DNA of 45,111 nt from Candidatus Heimdallarchaeota archaeon. GTDB lineage: Archaea > Asgardarchaeota > Wukongarchaeia > Wukongarchaeales > JBHIFL01. The notes beneath the pieces are model-generated. The model saw only the letters and a list, made by a program, of their open reading frames with translations, was not told the origin of the DNA and did no database searches. Where the stretch lies: the NCBI GenBank assembly GCA_046761065.1, contig JBHIFL010000035.1, positions 1 to 45,111 of the forward strand, read 5' to 3'. Below, piece by piece: positions 39,081 through 45,111 of the stretch. The position numbers and the translations under genes are program-made. Every line of letters starts with the position of its first letter. Positions within the stretch are counted from its first letter, which is position 1.

Positions 39081-40373
39081 TTAATCAAAGCGGTGACGTC
39101 TAAGAACAGCTACTAGTAAAATTGTTATACCAAATCCTAGTACGGTCAAAAGAAGGAAATTTGGTTCGCTCACTGATGCCTCTGAGAGCTGGATAACTTC
39201 ATCACAGTCTATAATGAGTTGGTCTATGGCAGCTGTCATTTCGTCAGGATTATGGAATCCTTGGCTACCCATAAGGCCAATATCATGCCAGAATTTGTCA
39301 ATTTCTTCTATCTTGGCTTCAGCTTGAGCTATTATCGTTGGATCCGCTCCAGCGGTATATTTTGCTTTCTCAAAGGCTTCGTGTGCTTCTGCCACCTTTT
39401 CATCAGCCAACGCATAAATATCAGAATATTCCGCTTGGATGTTATTTTTACCATCCCATGCTGCTTCGGGGTCACGGTGACAACCCTCCTGACCGCACGC
39501 CCCCACCCAAGTGAACATTGTATGATTCGTCACTTGGATCCATTTCCCCTCGGGATCTTGAGCCCACCCATACATATGACAAGTTGTACATTCAGCGCCT
39601 TGTAGATCATGGTGGCTGCCTTTATACATCGCTGTTTGGTGTTCGTGACAAACCGCACACAATTCAGTAGATTCTGCTTCTCGAAGATTGTATGCGTACT
39701 CGGCAGAATGTACATTATGACAAACTGGGCAAGAAATCGAGTTTTCAGTCTCAGTTAAGGTATCGACTCCACCCAGTGGCCAAGGTAGTGCACCTTCGGC
39801 AGTATGGCAATGTACACATTGCGGTTGCTCGAAACCACCTTCCAAAAGATTTTCTCGTGCACGTACGTGATTGGATTGGCTCCATGCTTCGAATGCATTT
39901 CCATGACCCCACGAGTGAAACGGGCTATGACAAGCCCCACACAACTCCGCACTCAAGGTAACTGGCATGTGGCCAGCACCTGCGGTTCCGTCGTATGGGC
40001 CATGACAGGTCTCGCAGGACACCCCATCGTAGACTGGGTCGTTCGTAGCGGTGATCCCGAAATAGTCGGCTCCGATGGTACTGTTGATGTGGCACGAATA
40101 GCACTCTATATCACTATTAGCACCCAAAGCATCAAATGCCGTAGCATGACCCGTCTCGCTCCACGCTTCATACTTCTCCGCGTGGCACGTCTTGCAAGTG
40201 TCGGGACCCACGTACTCAAAGTCTTGAGATGTTTCAACAGTTTCGGTGGTGGCAAGGTGTGTGATAGACATTGAAAACGCTTCGCTGACAATCAGGGCGG
40301 AGGAAAGAAGAATTAAGCTCCAGAAAAGTAATAGTATTCGTCGTCGCTTGACAAATCGATTTATGGGTTTCAA
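39081..40373 (-). CDS. Membrane-anchored multiheme cytochrome c 2 (8 CxxCH + CX4CH), NrfA/OcwA-like C-terminal half
   Basis: CKTCH, CYSCH, CETCH, CGACH, CVHCH, CPVCH, CAVCH, CTTCH, CGQEGCH; SQGFHNP motif; C-terminal EPNF + TM + RRHR. Confidence 0.93.
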   Translation of the reverse strand: MKPINRFVKRRRILLLFWSLILLSSALIVSEAFSMSITHLATTETVETSQDFEYVGPDTCKTCHAEKYEAWSETGHATAFDALGANSDIECYSCHINSTIGADYFGITATNDPVYDGVSCETCHGPYDGTAGAGHMPVTLSAELCGACHSPFHSWGHGNAFEAWSQSNHVRARENLLEGGFEQPQCVHCHTAEGALPWPLGGVDTLTETENSISCPVCHNVHSAEYAYNLREAESTELCAVCHEHQTAMYKGSHHDLQGAECTTCHMYGWAQDPEGKWIQVTNHTMFTWVGACGQEGCHRDPEAAWDGKNNIQAEYSDIYALADEKVAEAHEAFEKAKYTAGADPTIIAQAEAKIEEIDKFWHDIGLMGSQGFHNPDEMTAAIDQLIIDCDEVIQLSEASVSEPNFLLLTVLGFGITILLVAVLRRHRFD

Positions 40374-40506
40374 AACATATTCTCCCCTTTACTATGAGTT
40401 TCTTTTGTTCTTTCTGCATTTACACTAAAAATATTTCTATTAGATCCAGTAAACCTAAAGTAGAAAGTCAATTAAATGAAGTAACTTCAAAAAAGGAGGT
40501 AAGAGA

Positions 40507-40850
40507 TTAGGTAACAATTCATTTTCTAATAGCCACAACTAGTAGGGCTATTCCAATACCTAGCACCACCATAAGCTGCATGCCTAGTTCACTCACGGTT
40601 GATGTTAATGTCACTGTTTTTGGTGTCGCCTTCGGATCCTAAGAAAATCAGATAACTTTTTCAGCTACGCTAATGGCTTCAGTGATCATGTCATTGATAT
40701 GTCATGAATCATAAACCTTATTTTTCTTTGCCCAGTCAACTCGATCATGAGCTATCGGTCTTCAATTTCCTGGATTTTTACTATACTTCGTTAATTTAGC
40801 TGAATCATTGCGAGTGGTCGTGTTTACTTTCTCGAAGGCTTTTTGTACCA
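40507..40850 (-). pseudogene. C-terminal remnant of a third multiheme cytochrome paralog
   Basis: Manual translation VQKAFEKVNTTTRNDSAKL...YDS*HINDMITEAISVAEKVI*FS*...KTVT...VSELGMQLMVVLGIGIALLVVAIRK*IVT* aligns with the tail of the protein at 33569-34936; the 3' flank is also similar. Confidence 0.85.
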
Positions 40851-41191
40851 TATACAATATATATTATACACTTTTCCATAATAGAACTTATTCCAAGGAT
40901 TCTAAAGTGGTTAAAAGAAGTTCTGCGTTCAAGATACTCAAAAACAAGATTAGAAGTATTATATGTTTTTGACTACATTAAAGCCAAAGAGGTGTATTGT
41001 AGCTTTTCTAATTAAGGAAATTCAAATTTATCCAAGATTATAATCTCTCTAAAAGTAACTTTATTTCTATGATTATTTTGGATCCCTCACTATCATCCTA
41101 TCTGAATAATGAGTGACGAGGACGTTATAAAAAAGCATTCATGCAATAGAAATCTCCTCTGAACTGGTGATTTCCAAAAAAAAAGTAGTTT

Positions 41192-42070
41192 TCAAAGCAT
41201 TGGTCCCAGTATAATCACAACATACCGAAGCACGAATCCACCGACCAGTATGAGAAGAGTTGAGAGGTAGAGTGTTAATGAGCCACTGATTCTCATTCCG
41301 AGCAAAGGTAGTCCAATCTTTCCTAATAAAACTCCCCCACCAAGGAAGATTAGTGTGAACAGTGTCCCATATATCGATCCTATATTCAAAAGTGCTGTCC
41401 TTGCATCTATAGGCAGAAAAACCATGTATGCAAGAACTATCAATAATTCGAGCACTCCCAAGATCACCATCAGCTTAGGCAGATGTTGCCACAGCCTTGT
41501 CTGCTCTATCTCTCGTGTGGATTTCGCGATAAACAAAAAAAGTGCATAGCCCATGCCTAGTGTAGAGACGAGGAATAATAGAGGCACTGTGGGATTATTC
41601 CAAAGCGAGTGGCTTGTGTAAGTTAGGAGGACTCCCGAGTAAGTTCCGATCATAAAGGCGATCATTCCACCTAAGGTAACTATTACAGTTCTGTGTCTCT
41701 GTAGCATTTCCCATAAAGACGGTACTCGGTTTTTGATTAGAATACCGGTCTGAGCGAACCAGTAGATAAGGCCAAGTACCATAAGAGTTATTATTAAAAT
41801 AGTACCCCAGCTTATTGGAGAAGTAAGGTGCGGATAGAAAATCATCTTATATGCTCGTTCTGGGTGCCCTAGACTTAAAGCCAACATTATTATTCCAAGA
41901 GTGATGAGGATCAAAGACCAACTGACTCCACGTACGAAGGTTCTCTTGAATGTATTGCTTGGATTGAAGGATTCTAGTCCTGCTATTGCGGCAAATAGCC
42001 CTGCACCGAGTCCACTTAAAAAGAGATAGAGTGTGATTAATCCACCCCAACTGTCCAACTCATGCCCCAC
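41192..42070 (-). CDS. NrfD/PsrC family membrane subunit, copy 2
   Basis: WG..I..YLFLSGLGAG, LGHPER, SPISWG, YSGVLL, LWN.P..P.LFLVS, GGFVLRY; about 8 TM segments. Confidence 0.9.
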   Translation of the reverse strand: MGHELDSWGGLITLYLFLSGLGAGLFAAIAGLESFNPSNTFKRTFVRGVSWSLILITLGIIMLALSLGHPERAYKMIFYPHLTSPISWGTILIITLMVLGLIYWFAQTGILIKNRVPSLWEMLQRHRTVIVTLGGMIAFMIGTYSGVLLTYTSHSLWNNPTVPLLFLVSTLGMGYALFLFIAKSTREIEQTRLWQHLPKLMVILGVLELLIVLAYMVFLPIDARTALLNIGSIYGTLFTLIFLGGGVLLGKIGLPLLGMRISGSLTLYLSTLLILVGGFVLRYVVIILGPML

Positions 42071-42332
42071 ACGCTTAATGATGTTCTGTGCTTCTTCATT
42101 GTAAATGTTTAATCAATTTCTTATATAGTATCTATAAGAAGTTTTGGTGAATTGTTTGATTATAAAAATCATTTCGATTATCTCATAATTTGACATTCAC
42201 TTTTAGCACGAGTTTGAACCTACTCAAGCCTTATAGTCTCATAGCACAATGCCTAATTTTAATAAATTCCTCCGTTGCCATTAATATCACGGAGGATGAA
42301 AAACTAGCAAAGAAGAATGGAAACGGGGGGAT

Positions 42333-43208
42333 TCAGAGCGATTGGCCCAGGAAAACAATTACATATCGGAGTATAAATCCGCCAAACACCACAAGGACAG
42401 TTGAGAGGTAAACTATCTCGGAGCCACCTATTTTCGTCCCAAGCAAAGGTAGTCCAATCTTTCCTAATAATACCCCTCCAACAAGAAAGATCAGTGTAAA
42501 CAACGTTCCATATATGGTTTTTAGACTAAGGAGTGCTGCCTGTGTCCCAGCAGTTAGCAAGCTCAAGTATGTGAGAACTAGCAATAACTCAACTACTCCT
42601 AGGATCATCAACAGACGAGGCAAGTGTCGCCATAACCCCGTCTGTTCCACCTCTCCCGCAAGTTTTGCAAGGAACAGAAAGAGCCCATAACCCGTACCTA
42701 GCGCGGATACGAGGAATAGTAGAGGCAATACTGGACTATTCCAAAGGCTGAACCTAGCGTAGGTTAGGAGAATTCCTGTGTAAGTTCCAGTCATAAAAGC
42801 GAAAATGCCACCAAAAATAACTATTATTATCTTAAATCTATTTAAAAGCCTCCATAAGGGTGGCATCAGTTTTCTAATTAGAAAACCTGTATGAGCGAGC
42901 CAGTATGCAAGACTAAAGATCAAAAACGTTGCGATCGTTATCGAACCCCAACTCATAGGAGAATTAAGTTGTGGGTGGAGCATTGTATTAACGGCTCTTT
43001 CTGGATGTCCTAAGTCTAAAATAAGTGTTATCAATCCAAAAGTTAGAATAATCCAAGAACAAGTAGCCCCCCATGTTAAGGTCTTTTCATACATTACACT
43101 TGGACTGAAGGCTTCTAACCCTGCAACTGAAATGAATAACCCAGCACTTAACCCCCCTAGAAAGAGATCGAATGTGATAAACCAGCCCCAAACGACCAAT
43201 GCATTCAC
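42333..43208 (-). CDS. NrfD/PsrC family membrane subunit, copy 1
   Basis: WGW.I...LFLGGLSAG, DLGHPER, SPMSWG, YTGILL, LWNSP.LP.LFLVSA, GGFILRY. Confidence 0.9.
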   Translation of the reverse strand: MNALVVWGWFITFDLFLGGLSAGLFISVAGLEAFSPSVMYEKTLTWGATCSWIILTFGLITLILDLGHPERAVNTMLHPQLNSPMSWGSITIATFLIFSLAYWLAHTGFLIRKLMPPLWRLLNRFKIIIVIFGGIFAFMTGTYTGILLTYARFSLWNSPVLPLLFLVSALGTGYGLFLFLAKLAGEVEQTGLWRHLPRLLMILGVVELLLVLTYLSLLTAGTQAALLSLKTIYGTLFTLIFLVGGVLLGKIGLPLLGTKIGGSEIVYLSTVLVVFGGFILRYVIVFLGQSL

Positions 43209-43257
43209 ACTCTGTTTACTGAATTTATTATAGCTTCGATCTTAGTTTGATTTTGAG

Positions 43258-44172
43258 TTAGACTTTATCTTCGTTAGTTTCAATAGATTCTGTTACTTCT
43301 TTGATTCTTCTCATTCTCAAGGCACCTAACGTAAGAAGACCACCTATTCCAGCCGCAACAAGCATCGGTGGTCCCCTACCGACAGCTGATACATAGCCTT
43401 CAGTTTCTACTTTTGGAAACACACTGTTCTTTACAGGGTCAAATGTCTTCGGGAAGAGATATAATACTCCAAGTCCCCCAAGTTCTTTAAGACCATATAT
43501 CCAGAGATTTTGGTTTTGAGAGACGGCATTTTGAGCCCTTGCAACAATGTCATCTCTAGGGCCAAATCTAAGAGCACCTGTAGGACAGGCGTTCGCGCAA
43601 GCAGGTAACTTACCATCCTGAACACGCCAATAACAACCGTCGCATTTTCGACTTACGCCATGAGGCGCATACACCCCTACACTTGGCCCCTCATTTTTAT
43701 GAGGACGACCATAGGGACATGCATTCACACAATAGCCGCAACCGATGCAGCGATCTGGATCTATGTAGACTAGACCTTTCCACTTTCTTACCGCCTCGAC
43801 AGGACAAACTAATTGGCACATTGCCTTTTCACAATGCATGCAAGAATATCTGACATATGGGTTCTCTTGAGTCCCCACCTTACTTGGCAAAGCTGATTGT
43901 GCTTTCGAGACATATAACCAATTTGTTGGGGTGAGTTCTAGTTCAACTCTTCCTTTGGGAAAATTGTGTTTATTTTTACAGGCGAAGTGGCAGAGATTAC
44001 AACCGATGCAGGTCTCAGAATCGTACAAGAATGTATATCTCTGATTTTGAGCCGTAGCTGGGTTGAGTGACTGTTCCATTCCAAAAACAGAGGCTGTTGC
44101 GAGCCCTAAAAGTGCTGTCTTGAGGAATGTCCTCCGATCAATTAGCATAGACTCAGTTTCTTCCGCTTCCAA
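43258..44172 (-). CDS. Tat-exported 4x[4Fe-4S] electron-transfer subunit (HybA/NrfC/FdnH-like) with a C-terminal TM helix
   Basis: IDRRTFLK twin-arginine signal; CIGCNLCHFAC, CMHC..AMCQLVCP, CIGCGYCVNACP, KCDGC...PACANACP. Likely TTG start at 44172 after GGAGGT; the ORF-track extension to 44322 is AT-rich promoter-like DNA. Confidence 0.92.
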   Translation of the reverse strand: MEAEETESMLIDRRTFLKTALLGLATASVFGMEQSLNPATAQNQRYTFLYDSETCIGCNLCHFACKNKHNFPKGRVELELTPTNWLYVSKAQSALPSKVGTQENPYVRYSCMHCEKAMCQLVCPVEAVRKWKGLVYIDPDRCIGCGYCVNACPYGRPHKNEGPSVGVYAPHGVSRKCDGCYWRVQDGKLPACANACPTGALRFGPRDDIVARAQNAVSQNQNLWIYGLKELGGLGVLYLFPKTFDPVKNSVFPKVETEGYVSAVGRGPPMLVAAGIGGLLTLGALRMRRIKEVTESIETNEDKV

Positions 44173-44642
44173 TTTTAAACCTCCAACTTTTTTGCGAGAT
44201 GTTATTTCCATGTATCCGGTATAGACTTGACCTATAAATATATTATGATGTATATACTTTATATTTTTTTGGTATTTGAAATTAGATTTTTTTATATATT
44301 GTATATAGCATATTATATGCAAATAGATGATTATTGTTAATCACTATTATAAATTTGCCTTATATATTAGAAGTATTTGGAACCGAATTATATCATAAAA
44401 AAAATAAGTATAATTAAATTAATATTATTATTTAGTCATTTTTATTTATAATTAAATAAGCAAATAGAATAATTTTTCTTTGAAATCTTAGTGAAATAGA
44501 ATACATAACAATAGCAACCACTAAAGTCCTATTAACCATTCTTTATTCCCAGGAATGCACAGCCATCTTTTAAAAGGGATTTTTCCTATATTTCGTGAGC
44601 ATATATAACTTCATAATTCTATAGAGGACTAGGAATCGGTCA

Positions 44643-45005
44643 TCATTCGGTTTTTGCTACCACCTGATCCATTTCCCCTCGGTCTTCTTTGACTTCCCAA
44701 ACAGAACTATCGGGAAAAAAATTCGATAAGATTACGTATAAGAGTATATATGCCCAAATCCTCCTGTAGTGATTGCCTATTTGATTCGATTAGGAGTATA
44801 GACCCCCAATTCCATTCTTACCACTGGACGGGCAAGAACGAAAAAGATTATGATAACTCACTTGATCCACATGCATATATTCATTAGAATAGTGGCAAAA
44901 GACAATCCCCTTTATCATATGTGTCCTCGGAATAGCCAATAGAAAGGCGGGGATAATGAGTCCAATGATTATTACAATATAAAGTAGGAAAGTAAATGAT
45001 TCCTA
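44643..45005 (-). pseudogene. C-terminal remnant of a longer-type NrfD family gene (ActC/QrcD/DsrP-like)
   Basis: Manual translation across frameshifts: IGLIIPAFLLAIPRT..IKGIV / ATILMNICMWIK*VIII..LARP....GVYTPNRIK*AITTGGFG / LLYVILSNFFPIV / VWEVKE. Confidence 0.75.
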
Positions 45006-45111
45006 CCAAATAAAGTTTTAATTTGACAAGAGTTCTTATTACCGTAGTGAAGCTTTTTAATAAAAAAATGTAATCAGAAATAGTAGTTTATTAATACCTT
45101 ATATGAACTGG

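Noticed and set aside
33569-40373. Calling the cytochromes NrfA nitrite reductase or hydroxylamine oxidoreductase
   Set aside because: There is no CxxCK and I cannot confirm the catalytic Arg/Tyr/His; only the heme register and tail are similar.
302-43625. Numerous 60-156 aa ORFs antisense to or overlapping well-supported genes (for example 937-1314, 15245-15700, 22591-23004, 39804-40274)
   Set aside because: Shadow ORFs of real coding sequences with no motifs of their own.
44173-44322. N-terminal 50 aa of the ORF-track FeS protein
   Set aside because: Very AT-rich, promoter-like DNA; the RBS and Tat motif position favour a start at 44172.
1-45111. CRISPR arrays, tRNA/rRNA, diversity-generating retroelement, prophage or defence systems
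   Set aside because: No regularly spaced repeats, RNA gene signatures, reverse transcriptase or viral genes were seen. The near-identical repeats are paralog segments without an adenine-specific mismatch pattern.

Overview
A 45-kb stretch of an archaeal chromosome. The archaeal call rests on GGTGA/GGAGG ribosome-binding sites, frequent TTG/GTG starts, PGF-type C-terminal surface anchors and a CxxxY-type CcmE. The lineage cannot be fixed from sequence alone; an uncultured anaerobic sediment archaeon such as an Asgard is only a guess. The left part encodes PGF-anchored surface proteins, a gamma-carbonic anhydrase (gamma-CA) pair, housekeeping genes and a reductive amino-acid fermentation-like cluster (two aminotransferases, two 2-hydroxyacyl-CoA dehydratase subunits, an acyl-CoA dehydrogenase and an MFS transporter). 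An intact IS630 sits in the middle. The right ~16 kb is a cytochrome c island: ccmF, ccmCDEAB (System I*), two membrane-anchored ~9-heme NrfA/OcwA-like cytochromes, a Tat-exported 4x[4Fe-4S] protein and two NrfD subunits, plus several decayed redox genes. Strongest leads: (1) the two gamma-CAs carry complementary zinc ligands, so only a heteromer can form the canonical site; (2) one cytochrome has CxxCM at the position of the NrfA catalytic heme plus a CX11CH motif, while its paralog has CxxCH and CX4CH; (3) the FeS + 2xNrfD + surface cytochrome module looks like a quinol-to-cell-surface electron conduit. No rRNA, tRNA or CRISPR array was seen. All family calls come from motif recognition by eye, not from database searches.
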